This document shows, one piece after another, positions 1 through 9,533 of a DNA stretch of 64,000 nt. The notes beneath the pieces were generated by a model. It saw nothing but the letters and a program-made list of their open reading frames with translations, had not been told where the DNA came from and searched no databases. A program made the translations under genes and the position numbers. The stretch lies in the NCBI GenBank assembly GCA_013166775.1, contig JABLTJ010000003.1:32001-96000 (forward strand). Direction: 5' to 3'. The stretch's first letter is position 1; each line of letters begins with the position of its first letter. This DNA is from Promethearchaeati archaeon. GTDB lineage: Archaea > Asgardarchaeota > Heimdallarchaeia > Heimdallarchaeales > Heimdallarchaeaceae.

Positions 1-758
1 CTAGCTTCTACAACCCCTATTAAAGATTGATCTAATTGAGTTAAATAAGGTTCTATAAGAACAATATTAATCATATCATAAAGAATATCCTCTCCTTTGG
101 AAATAGGATATTTTGAGATTATTTTAGCATATAATTTTCCAGCAGATTCTGCACTCTCTATACTCTCACTTTGTTCAAGAGAGAATTCTATAAAGTATGC
201 AAAGATTGCAGATAAGAATCTCATATCAATTTCAAACTCTCCAACTTCAAAATGAAGATTCGCTTCAGATATTGCTGGAGAGAAATTTCTTTGAATCAAT
301 GTAGTTTCAATCACATCTCTTTGAATTCCCATTCTTCTAAGATCTACAAAATTCTGAACTATAATCTCTGTGGATTTTTTAGCTGATTTTAGAATGTTTA
401 TAAAAGAAGCAAGCAATCCTACGAATTCATCATCAGTACATGACATTTTTTTATCTGTCGCATTTAACAGACTAGAAATATCATCTGCAAAGAAATGAGG
501 TTCATAATTTTTCAATATATCTTCTGTTATTATAATACCATATATGGACAAAGCCATATCTTTCTTATGAGGTGATAAAAAACCAATTTCAGTTTTTAGT
601 TTTTGACGTATTTCATTAAGAAAGGTTGGTTGAGTTCTCACGAATTGTTTGATTTTTGAATCTAATTTTGAATACATATTTCGGAATTCACCAATTATAT
701 CCACAACATCTTTAGGTATGTATTTTATCTCAGTACTATCTCTTACTTCTTCACTCAT
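1..758 (-). CDS. Hypothetical, probably helical protein, truncated by the window edge
   Basis: Manual translation: the ATG at 758 overlaps the end of the upstream ORF, and the frame MSEEVRDSTEIKYIPKDVVDIIGEFRNMY... stays open for about 250 codons to position 1. Absent from the ORF track because it has no stop in the window. Confidence 0.8.
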   Translation of the reverse strand, partial: MSEEVRDSTEIKYIPKDVVDIIGEFRNMYSKLDSKIKQFVRTQPTFLNEIRQKLKTEIGFLSPHKKDMALSIYGIIITEDILKNYEPHFFADDISSLLNATDKKMSCTDDEFVGLLASFINILKSAKKSTEIIVQNFVDLRRMGIQRDVIETTLIQRNFSPAISEANLHFEVGEFEIDMRFLSAIFAYFIEFSLEQSESIESAESAGKLYAKIISKYPISKGEDILYDMINIVLIEPYLTQLDQSLIGVVEA

Positions 759-1974
759 TTCCTGCACCTCTATTTTCGATTGCATGAGTATCCTTAAGGG
801 ATGGATATTTTTCGATATATTTAATTTTAACAAATGGAGTAACTTTCCAATTCTCTAAATCAGTTTTCTTAATTGTTTCTTCCCAAGCAGTTTGATTTGT
901 TAGATTTGCGTAGATAGCATTCATTATTTTGTTAAGAGATTCTGCTGATATTAAACGAGTATCATTATATCTTGTATCCGAAATGAAGCCAAAAACCATT
1001 AGTTCATCAGATTCTTGTTTTTTATAACCTATTGTTAAGTCTATTATATCACTAGTTGCTTTTACCTGGTATTTAACCTTTGTAGGTATTGTGATTAAAT
1101 TCTGCAGCTTTAGTGCAGAAAATTGACTGATCGAAGATATTAAATCCTTTGGAATTTCAGAGTTTTGTAGATATTTGAATAATCTTGATGGAGATTCAAC
1201 GTTATTCTCTCCTACTATTTCCACTAAATCTTCTGGGTAGCCAAAAGAAATTTCTTCCAAATTCAAATCTGGAGAGATTAAAACTAAATCTCCCCCACAT
1301 TCACATCTTACTCCCTCTGGAGTCGAATCTTTGGAATAAATCTTCTGACATTCTCCAATGCATTTCATTCTATCCTTAATTATTTGAGCTCTAACCAAAA
1401 ACGCAGATGTTATCACAGGAGTAATTTCAGAATCTTCCCTCTTCCCTCTTAAACTACCTTCTTCTAATATTTGCCAATTATAGAATTTGGATAATTTTTC
1501 TAGATTCCTTTTAAGTTCAATTTTCTGATTTATATCAGCAATAATTTCAGTTTCCTTTTGAAATTCAGTTCTTCTAAAAACACCTATTAATGATTGAGTT
1601 AAAGATAGGATTTCTTCGTTTGTTTCCTCCAAATTTAAATCTACAAAAGGTCCAATAATAATATTTAGAAGAGTAAAATCCCGAACACTATTTCTAAGAA
1701 TGTAAATTTTATTGTTTATCTCTTCCTCAATTTTATCTACATTAACAAAGGAGTATCTAGACGCTTTGAAGAGAATTTGTGTTTCTGAAAAAATGTTCTT
1801 AATATTGAGCTTTTCTAGATCCATCTCTCTTTTTGCTTTTACAGTGTCATCTGGAACTAGCTTTTCCCCCCCCATTATGTCGATTATATGTGTATTTGTG
1901 TCTAATTCCTTTTGAGGATAGCTAATTAGAAATAAACTAAGAGTATTATCTTTTAATTGATTCTCATTTTCCAT
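751..1974 (-). CDS. Hypothetical protein with an internal Zn-ribbon-like motif
   Basis: 407-aa ORF with a GGAG RBS. Contains CIGEC...RCECGG cysteine pairs. Confidence 0.75.
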   Translation of the reverse strand: MENENQLKDNTLSLFLISYPQKELDTNTHIIDIMGGEKLVPDDTVKAKREMDLEKLNIKNIFSETQILFKASRYSFVNVDKIEEEINNKIYILRNSVRDFTLLNIIIGPFVDLNLEETNEEILSLTQSLIGVFRRTEFQKETEIIADINQKIELKRNLEKLSKFYNWQILEEGSLRGKREDSEITPVITSAFLVRAQIIKDRMKCIGECQKIYSKDSTPEGVRCECGGDLVLISPDLNLEEISFGYPEDLVEIVGENNVESPSRLFKYLQNSEIPKDLISSISQFSALKLQNLITIPTKVKYQVKATSDIIDLTIGYKKQESDELMVFGFISDTRYNDTRLISAESLNKIMNAIYANLTNQTAWEETIKKTDLENWKVTPFVKIKYIEKYPSLKDTHAIENRGAGNE

Positions 1975-2107
1975 CTTACAAACTCCTTTTTTCTCGAGTT
2001 TATAACATTAATTCCCATTAATACTAACAAATGAACATATATTAAGATATATTTCAATTTTTACATAATTCTCAAAAAAAATTACTCACAACTAATATTT
2101 TTCATTT

Positions 2108-2623
2108 TTATTGATTTTCTTGTTCAATCGCTATTTCAGCCATTTTTTTGAATAGAGGAAATAGATTAACGTTATCTTTCGCAGAAACTTCAAAATACAA
2201 AGTATTTAGTTTTCCAGCGTATTTCTCAGCATCCTCTATTGAAACTTTTCTTCCGGTTATTAGATCATTTTTATTCCCAACTAAAACTATTGGAATATCT
2301 CCAATTCCCTTTTTTAAGGTTTCAAGCCAAAAATCTAATCTATCAAAGCTCTCTTGGCTAGTGATGTCGAATACTATTGCAGCTGCTAATGAACCTTGAA
2401 AGTATGTAGGTAAAACTGGGAGAAACCTTTCTTGAGATCCTGAATCAGCTATAATGAGTTTTATTTCTTCACCTTCAAAAATAGTATTCCAAATAAGAAA
2501 ATTAGCACCTAAGGTTGGCTGGTGAACAGGTGGAAAGGAATTTTGAGCCTGTCTTAGTGCGATGGAAGTTTTTCCAACACCAGGATCACCACATAAAGAT
2601 ATCTTATAATTCTTTGGTGCCAT
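2108..2623 (-). CDS. Rab/Ras-like small GTPase
   Basis: G1 GDPGVGKT, G2 PTLG, G3-like DSGSQERF, G4 NKND, G5 SAK. Likely start is the ATG at 2623 (MAPKNYK). No C-terminal Cys. Confidence 0.92.
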   Translation of the reverse strand: MAPKNYKISLCGDPGVGKTSIALRQAQNSFPPVHQPTLGANFLIWNTIFEGEEIKLIIADSGSQERFLPVLPTYFQGSLAAAIVFDITSQESFDRLDFWLETLKKGIGDIPIVLVGNKNDLITGRKVSIEDAEKYAGKLNTLYFEVSAKDNVNLFPLFKKMAEIAIEQENQ

Positions 2624-2739
2624 ATTGATTAACATCTCGTTTTCATCTGTTTTAAAGGCTTGTTATAAGGTAAAAAAATAAGCACAATTCTGCATGAAAA
2701 ATAATTTATAATAATCAAGACAATGCTTCTTGAGAAGCA

Positions 2740-2925
2740 ATGGGAAACGAAGATCAATGCGGAGATTATGTTGTCTATATGACTGATGATGGATGGTGGG
2801 AAGTCAGAAATTCCAAAACTGGGATAATTATCGGAAAATTTCAGAAAAAGAATGATGCAATAGAAAAAATTGCATTGATTCTTCAAGACGATGAAGATAG
2901 GTTAGAATCAGAATCTGTATGCTGA
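2740..2925 (+). CDS. Small protein (DUF2188-like pattern), possible radical SAM substrate
   Basis: 61 aa. YVVYMTDDGWWEVR...KFQKKNDAIE resembles DUF2188. Its stop overlaps the first ATG of the next gene. Confidence 0.6.
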   Translation: MGNEDQCGDYVVYMTDDGWWEVRNSKTGIIIGKFQKKNDAIEKIALILQDDEDRLESESVC

Positions 2926-4364
2926 AAATGATGGGGAAAATGAGTAGAAAATTATTTTTTTATAAAACAATCAGTGAAAATATGATATTAGATCCAACTT
3001 CTCAGCTCATTTGGAAATTAAATGGAACTCTAAAATCATTAGAGAAAATAGATGAAGGTAAATATACTCTTTTAGATTTCTGTAAAATAATTCAAGAAAT
3101 CGATAACGATGAATCAAGGGAAATACTTTCGGGTCTTACAAAACTAAATTCTTTTGGTTTCTTTCAAGATAAAGAAACAAAAGTGAAAAAAATCTCTTCA
3201 AACGATTTTCATCATATTGTTATTAATCCTACAACAGAGTGTAATCTTGATTGCTGGTATTGCTATTCAAAAGAATTCAGAAAGTATAATTCAGAAGAAA
3301 TCAGCTTAGAAGAAATGGAAAAAACTATCTTGTATTTTGCTGATAGAAAAAAGGAAAATCAAAGTAAAAGTCCACTGTCTATTTCACTCTTTTTGTCAAG
3401 TGAAATAACTCTTAATTTTCATGTTTTTCTTAAAATTAAAGTGTTTATTGAGAAAATTAAAAGCAATTATTCTTTTGATATATTCCTCTTTCCTCCTCCA
3501 ACTAATTTAATGGAAATTGATCAGAGTTTTGTTGATTATATCAATGATTATGGATTTTTAACTGTCTCAGTTGACTATAGCAATAGCAACCAGATTCAAA
3601 AAATACTGGAAAATGTAGAAGCTTTTGACGATAAAATAATCAAACATTGTATAGTACCTTTGCATTCTGGAATGAATGATCTGGTTGAAGTTTACAAAAG
3701 ATTTATGGAAGTTTTTGATTATGTATCTCTTAGACCAGTAAGAGTAGGTGAAAACTCAAAGTTTCCGTGGGGAACAGATTCATCACAATTTGTTGATAAT
3801 GAATTAAATGTGCTGTGTAATCAACTCATTGAAATGGAAGATGAAGAGTTAATTAAATTCCTTCTATCTTTAGGACCATCAGATTATTTCAGAAGATATA
3901 TACAACGTGTAATTTCAAGAAGTAAATTATTAAACCGGTGTTCTGCAGGAATTAAAGCTCTAGCTGTTGGACCCGATTCAAAATTTTATCCATGTTCAGG
4001 TTTTGTAGGTAGGAAAAATTTCGTATTAGGCACCATAAAAACTGGAGTAAATATAGATTTAATATCTAAATATCAGAACCGTTTCGATTCAAATACTCTA
4101 TGTAGAGATTGTTCAATAAAATACTACTGTGGAGGATTCTGTGAAGATTGGAAACATGTGATGGGAAAGAAACAAGAAAGCCAACAAACAGAATGTAATA
4201 TCAACCATGCTTTCTTCAAAAATAGTTCCTCTTTTGTCATCAAATTACTAGAAAAGAAACCCTATATTCTTACAACTTTTGTAAAAGAAAATGGGATAGA
4301 CTCTAAGTTGTCTTATCCTTTGAATTTTGATGATTTTGTTTCTTTTTTCTCAGCTACTAACTAA
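2919..4364 (+). CDS. Radical SAM/SPASM-domain protein with an N-terminal RRE-like domain
   Basis: CNLDCWYC (CxxxCxxC). SPASM cysteines CSAG...YPC...CRDCSIKYYCGGFC...C. Confidence 0.88.
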   Translation: MLKMMGKMSRKLFFYKTISENMILDPTSQLIWKLNGTLKSLEKIDEGKYTLLDFCKIIQEIDNDESREILSGLTKLNSFGFFQDKETKVKKISSNDFHHIVINPTTECNLDCWYCYSKEFRKYNSEEISLEEMEKTILYFADRKKENQSKSPLSISLFLSSEITLNFHVFLKIKVFIEKIKSNYSFDIFLFPPPTNLMEIDQSFVDYINDYGFLTVSVDYSNSNQIQKILENVEAFDDKIIKHCIVPLHSGMNDLVEVYKRFMEVFDYVSLRPVRVGENSKFPWGTDSSQFVDNELNVLCNQLIEMEDEELIKFLLSLGPSDYFRRYIQRVISRSKLLNRCSAGIKALAVGPDSKFYPCSGFVGRKNFVLGTIKTGVNIDLISKYQNRFDSNTLCRDCSIKYYCGGFCEDWKHVMGKKQESQQTECNINHAFFKNSSSFVIKLLEKKPYILTTFVKENGIDSKLSYPLNFDDFVSFFSATN

Positions 4365-4765
4365 ATCAACCATGGGAATAGAGTAGGAAAGTCTGACCCA
4401 CCGAAATAAGTAATAGTGAATAGTGTCATTATTACCATGAAAACCCAACTAAGAAGGAACCATAGTAATAGAGTACCTGTAGCGGCAGCTACAGATCTCC
4501 TTTCCGAAATGCCTCCAAGAAGCACCCATAAGCCCCAACAAATAAGGAAGAAGAGTATTCCATAAACAATTGTTACTGCACTTCCCAATACAAGAAGTGG
4601 GAGACCAAAAACCCAGATTAATGAACAAATTGCAGCCATAATTAAGTTTATCCAGCTCCATTTGCTCGCTTCTCGTCTAAACATGATTGATGATATTATA
4701 GCTGCGGCGATGTAAAAGAAAACTATGTTAATCAATATTACTACAATTTGCTGAACAGCAGCCAT
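4361..4765 (-). CDS. Small integral membrane protein (about 4 TM)
   Basis: 134 aa, four hydrophobic segments. Confidence 0.75.
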   Translation of the reverse strand: MAAVQQIVVILINIVFFYIAAAIISSIMFRREASKWSWINLIMAAICSLIWVFGLPLLVLGSAVTIVYGILFFLICWGLWVLLGGISERRSVAAATGTLLLWFLLSWVFMVIMTLFTITYFGGSDFPTLFPWLI

Positions 4766-4848
4766 GAAATTGCTTTGAAATTTCGAATAAATAAAAGTTT
4801 CCCAAAGATACGTAACATTAACAAATGTGAAATTCTATATTTATATTG

Positions 4849-5982
4849 ATGATCTTTTCCGAAGATAAAAAAGAAGAACAGAAGAATTGTTCATTTTGTA
4901 AGGCAGAAAAGATTGTAGCTTCCGCTCTATCGGTTTGTAAAGAATGTTTAGTAAACAATTTTGAAGAAACTAAATCTTATGTGAAGGAAGCTCATAAAAT
5001 TGCTCGAACTAGACTCAATCTTCCAATTTCGGCTCCCTCCGATGGTCAAAACAAATGTACCTTATGCCACCATAATTGTATAATTGGTAAAAATGATGTT
5101 AGTTTCTGTGGTTTGCGATATAACAAAGATGGAAAATTTATCTCCATGGTTAGCAAAGAAATTGGAGTACTTGACTATTATCTTGATCCCTTACCTTGCA
5201 ATTGTTGTGCTGCTTGGTTTTGTCCCGCCGGAACTGGAGCTGGATATCCTGAGTTTGCAGCAAAGAAAGGTAAAGAAATAAGTCATCATAATCTGTCCAT
5301 TTTCTTCTACGGATGCTCATTCAATTGTCTATTTTGCCAAAATCAAAGCCATAAAAGTGTAAAAGTGGGTTCCAAAATATCTGCAGAAAGACTTATTGAA
5401 GTTTATAAGCAAAATAAGAGCATTACTTGCGTTTGCTTTTTTGGTGGATCTCCTGAACCTCAGTTTAATTTTGCTTTACATCTTTCAGAAAAAATACTTG
5501 AAGTTGCTAAGAAAGAGAAACGAATAGCAAGAATATGTTGGGAATGGAATGGTTTTGGAAATAGAAATTTAGTTAAGAAAGCTGCTGAATTATCTTTAAA
5601 ATCTGGTGGAAATATTAAGTTTGACTTAAAAGCTTGGAATCCATATGTTCATGAGGCTTTGACTGGTGTTAAGAACGAGGAAGTTTTGAAAAATTTTGAA
5701 TTCGTTGGGAAAGAGTTTTTCACTCAACGTCAAGACCTACCTGTTTTGAACGCAGCTACTTTGCTGGTACCAGGTTATGTTAATGAGGATGAAGTAGAAA
5801 ATATTGCTGCGTTTATTGCATCAATTAATGAAGATATTCCGTACTCACTGCTTGGATTTTATCCCCATTTTTGGTTCAATGACATGTCCTTAACATCAAG
5901 AAAGCAAGCTGAGAGATGTTTTAATGTAGCGAAAAAATATCTTAATCATGTTAATATAGGTAATAAACATCTTTTGGTTTAG
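4849..5982 (+). CDS. Radical SAM protein, PflA/AmmeMemoRadiSam-like (COG1180)
   Basis: GCSFNCLFCQN; N-terminal CTLCHHNC...FCGLR; KFDLKA; FYPHF. Confidence 0.85.
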   Translation: MIFSEDKKEEQKNCSFCKAEKIVASALSVCKECLVNNFEETKSYVKEAHKIARTRLNLPISAPSDGQNKCTLCHHNCIIGKNDVSFCGLRYNKDGKFISMVSKEIGVLDYYLDPLPCNCCAAWFCPAGTGAGYPEFAAKKGKEISHHNLSIFFYGCSFNCLFCQNQSHKSVKVGSKISAERLIEVYKQNKSITCVCFFGGSPEPQFNFALHLSEKILEVAKKEKRIARICWEWNGFGNRNLVKKAAELSLKSGGNIKFDLKAWNPYVHEALTGVKNEEVLKNFEFVGKEFFTQRQDLPVLNAATLLVPGYVNEDEVENIAAFIASINEDIPYSLLGFYPHFWFNDMSLTSRKQAERCFNVAKKYLNHVNIGNKHLLV

Positions 5983-6320
5983 AGATCGATTTTATAAAAA
6001 TGGCTTAAGCAAGATTTTTTGCAATCACTATTTCCAAAACCAATAATTGGAATAAGTTCCTTAAATTTCTCAAGCTTTCTGGAGATTAAACATTCCGATT
6101 TTTCATTAGGAAAAATAACAACACCGTAAAATGTGCAGTTTTCAGTACATGTGACTTGATCGATGTGCCAGTGCTGTTTCTTGCTTCTTCGGAGGTGTCG
6201 ATGAATTCTAGATGAAAGACCTCCTGCACCAAAAGCACTACCTACATAAATGTAGAATCCTGTTTGAAGTGTAAGAATCCTTTCTTTTAATCTAATTTCC
6301 AAGTTATTTGTTAATTCCAA
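5979..6320 (-). CDS. DUF123 / Uri-superfamily (GIY-YIG-like) endonuclease
   Basis: GFYIYVGSA...RIHRH...HWHID...GFGNSDC..C.SH. The frame continues upstream of the called start through GTYLLYLEL. Confidence 0.85.
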   Translation of the reverse strand: MELTNNLEIRLKERILTLQTGFYIYVGSAFGAGGLSSRIHRHLRRSKKQHWHIDQVTCTENCTFYGVVIFPNEKSECLISRKLEKFKELIPIIGFGNSDCKKSCLSHFYKIDL

Positions 6321-6382
6321 ATAGAGAAGATAGGTACCATAAAGGTCTTGTGTGAATTCAAGAACTGCTCCTCGTAGAATAT

Positions 6383-7417
6383 CTATCCCTCTTCTAGTTT
6401 AGAAGCTCTTTCCCAGCTACTTAATGCTTTTTCCATATCACCTAAATCTTCATAGATATCTCCAATCATTTGGAAGAGTTTACTGCTCTCTGGATTATAT
6501 CTAAGTGATTGTTGTAAAAACGTTACTGCTCTATCATAATCTTTTGAAGCCCAGTATAATGATGCTAGGGAGAGAGATGCATCTTCAAAACTGGGATCAC
6601 GCTTTAAACATTCTTCATAATTTGTAATCGACTCTGCTATATTTGCATCTGCTGCATAGATTTTTGCTAGATAATAATACCCTAATACATTGTCAGGATC
6701 AATTTCCAAAACCTTACCAAAAGCCTGAATAGCATGAGCAAAATCCTGCTTTGCTTCATATGTTTTTCCTAATTGGAACCATGCTGGAATACTGGAAGGA
6801 TTTGCAACTGATGCTTTCCTGAAATACTCTTCCGCTCGATCAAAATTATCTAGATCAAAATAGACTTCTCCTATTTGTACTAGCAATTTTACATTTGTTG
6901 GTGCTAGTTCCTCAGCTCTCATCAATTTATTCCAACATTCAATTTCGTTCCCCATTTTTTGATAGATGGAAGCAAGTAAGCTTAGTACTAAAGCATCTTC
7001 CTCATAATCAAGATAATTCATCAAAGATTGTGTAGCTTTGACGTATTCACCAGTTTGATAATACAGTTCCCCTAATTTAAACCAAATATTGAACCTTTTA
7101 GAATCTGCTTCAGTGACCTTCTTCCAGGAAATTTCTGCTACTTCATAGTTCATAAGAGCAAAATACGTGTCACCCATCAATTCCAAAGTATCTAGATTTT
7201 CTGGTGCTAGCTCCAATGCTTTTTGCAGATAATTTAGAGAAGTATGAGGATTGTCCATCATGAGATATAACTCACTTAGACTGTTGAAAATCTCATAATA
7301 TTCTTCAAATTCAGACATTCTTTCCTCAATTCTATCTATTGCCTCTTGGATACTGTTCTCAATGATTAAATCTTCTATCATGTGAAGTAATTCTGCTAGC
7401 TGAGGATTTTTAGACAT
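6383..7417 (-). CDS. Tetratricopeptide repeat protein
   Basis: Successive ~34-aa repeats such as AWFQLGKTYEAKQDFAHAIQAFGKVLEIDPDN. Confidence 0.92.
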   Translation of the reverse strand: MSKNPQLAELLHMIEDLIIENSIQEAIDRIEERMSEFEEYYEIFNSLSELYLMMDNPHTSLNYLQKALELAPENLDTLELMGDTYFALMNYEVAEISWKKVTEADSKRFNIWFKLGELYYQTGEYVKATQSLMNYLDYEEDALVLSLLASIYQKMGNEIECWNKLMRAEELAPTNVKLLVQIGEVYFDLDNFDRAEEYFRKASVANPSSIPAWFQLGKTYEAKQDFAHAIQAFGKVLEIDPDNVLGYYYLAKIYAADANIAESITNYEECLKRDPSFEDASLSLASLYWASKDYDRAVTFLQQSLRYNPESSKLFQMIGDIYEDLGDMEKALSSWERASKLEEG

Positions 7418-7524
7418 TATGAATTTATCTCAGTCTAATCCTTAATAATATTTTGTAAATAAACTACTACTACTGCGAGAATTAAGAAAGAGTTTAAATT
7501 ATACGAAGTTTAAAACTAAGATTG

Positions 7525-8421
7525 ATGTTCCAAGTTATTACTCGTCGTGATGATAACATTGGGTATCATATCTATCTATCTGACATTCCTATTGAGTTGT
7601 TAGATGATTCAATTGTTTTTATGCCAGAATTATCTACCAAGGAACATCATCATGTTAAATATGTGTCAAAATACACTCATAAATCTGGTAATATAATAGT
7701 AAAGCTAGTAAGAAGCGATGGAGAGGATCCCTTTGGAAGACCTAAATCATTATCTCATAGCTTTGTGGTTACCTCTGAAGAATATAATTTTAATTCCTTG
7801 AAATATTATTCTTCTCCATTGGTTGAATCAAATCTCTTTGATAATGTGGATACTGAACCTAGATTATTAGATCTGAACAATTTCAAAAAATCAGAAAACA
7901 AGATTCTTGAGAAAATTGATATGAAAAAATTAAGAGAGATAATTGTCGCTGCTATGGTTGAACAGAAAGTAGTTTTACAACCAAATTTAGAGTCTGATGA
8001 TTTAATTAGTTTAGCAAGCTTAATCGACAAAGCAATACCATATGAAGCTTCATACGATTTTTCATTGATAACATACTCTGATAAAAGCTGTAATCAATTT
8101 CTGATTCATAATATTCTGTACTTCTTCTCAAGAGAAAATAAGATTCAAGAAGGAATAGATGTTAAAAACATAAGTACTAGAGTAAAGGAAATTGCTAAAG
8201 AAGAGAAGGAATATTTGGACAACTATATTGAAATAATAATCCATGAGGATTATGAAAAACTTCTGCAAGAACATGCAAAATGGGTGATTGGGATGAATTA
8301 TAATGATCACAAAGAATTACAAAAACATTTTACAAGAAGATATCAGCTCGATATACCCTTCTCAAGAAGAAATAAGTTTCATGCTCAACTTGTGAAGTCT
8401 TTATCTGTTTTTTATACATAA
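7525..8421 (+). CDS. Hypothetical protein, DENN/GAP1-like
   Basis: DPFGRPKSLSHSFVV motif, followed by LREIIVAAMVEQKVVL...LASLIDKAIP, which resembles the DENN core. Confidence 0.45.
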   Translation: MFQVITRRDDNIGYHIYLSDIPIELLDDSIVFMPELSTKEHHHVKYVSKYTHKSGNIIVKLVRSDGEDPFGRPKSLSHSFVVTSEEYNFNSLKYYSSPLVESNLFDNVDTEPRLLDLNNFKKSENKILEKIDMKKLREIIVAAMVEQKVVLQPNLESDDLISLASLIDKAIPYEASYDFSLITYSDKSCNQFLIHNILYFFSRENKIQEGIDVKNISTRVKEIAKEEKEYLDNYIEIIIHEDYEKLLQEHAKWVIGMNYNDHKELQKHFTRRYQLDIPFSRRNKFHAQLVKSLSVFYT

Positions 8422-8502
8422 CAATTCAGTTTTAAAGCTGATTGGGAAGTTTTATAATTGTTTTACCTTCCTTTTAGATAGAATTTGGATTAAGTGTAAA
8501 AA

Positions 8503-9483
8503 ATGCATATGCCTGATGGAATTTTATCTTTTCCTGAATCAATTATTTACTTAGCAATTTCTGTTGTAATTATATTATTCTCAATATGGATGAGCAGGAA
8601 AAATCTACAAACTAAGCAAATTCCAGTTATTGGCGTTTTAGCTGCAGGTCTTTTTGCAGCACAAATGTTTAATTTTCCTACACCAGCTGGTGCAAGTGGG
8701 CATCTTATTGGGACAGCTCTAGCAACTACCTTAGTAGGACCTTGGGTAGGTATTCTTATTATCTCTTCTATACTGATTGTTCAAGCAATGTTTGGAGATG
8801 GCGGATTATTAGCTTTTGGAGCTAATGCTTTGAATATGGCTATTATAGGCGCTTTCACAACTTGGTTAGTTTTCTATTTTGTACCAGTGAAATGGAAGGA
8901 AAACAATAAAGGATTTTCACTTGTTTCTGCAATTGCAGGTTTTCTTTCAACAATGATGATGTCTTTTGCTGCATCAATTGAACTAACAATAGCTGAAGCA
9001 GGTCCTTCAGGCATAATTTTTGGGTGGATGCTGGGTCTTCATGCATTAATTGGTTTGATTGAAGGATTGATAACTTTCGCTATTGTTATATTTGTTTTTA
9101 AGGCTGATCCTTCACTGCTCAAAGCTGCTGAGGGTTCTCTTTATTTAAGAATGCAGACAGAATCTATACCTGAAAAATTTAAAATTCCTCTTTGGACTCT
9201 CTTTGTTTCTCTAGGTGTTTTTGTTTTTATGAGCATATTTGGTGTAATAGCTAGTACAAATCCAGATGGTTTAGAAAGAACCTTTGAAAGTCTAGGTATT
9301 GAAGGTGGTGTTACAGGTTTTCTAAGCTTTGGAGATGGACTTGCATATGACATACTTCAAATGTTTATTATCATGATTATTTTATTTATTGTGCTGGTTG
9401 TTTTGAGTTATATCGTTTATAGACTGAATATTTACCAAGCATCTAAAAGAAAAGAAACTATAATACCTGCAGATAAAAGATAG
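8503..9483 (+). CDS. cbiM: ECF Ni/Co transporter substrate component, CbiM/NikM fused to a PDGLE (NikN-like) domain
   Basis: N-terminal MHMPDG, SGHLIG, GDGGL, C-terminal NPDGLE. Confidence 0.92.
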   Translation: MHMPDGILSFPESIIYLAISVVIILFSIWMSRKNLQTKQIPVIGVLAAGLFAAQMFNFPTPAGASGHLIGTALATTLVGPWVGILIISSILIVQAMFGDGGLLAFGANALNMAIIGAFTTWLVFYFVPVKWKENNKGFSLVSAIAGFLSTMMMSFAASIELTIAEAGPSGIIFGWMLGLHALIGLIEGLITFAIVIFVFKADPSLLKAAEGSLYLRMQTESIPEKFKIPLWTLFVSLGVFVFMSIFGVIASTNPDGLERTFESLGIEGGVTGFLSFGDGLAYDILQMFIIMIILFIVLVVLSYIVYRLNIYQASKRKETIIPADKR

Positions 9484-9533
9484 TCAGACAAATAAATATT
9501 AATAGAATCTTCTCTTATTTTCTTGCGTTAATA

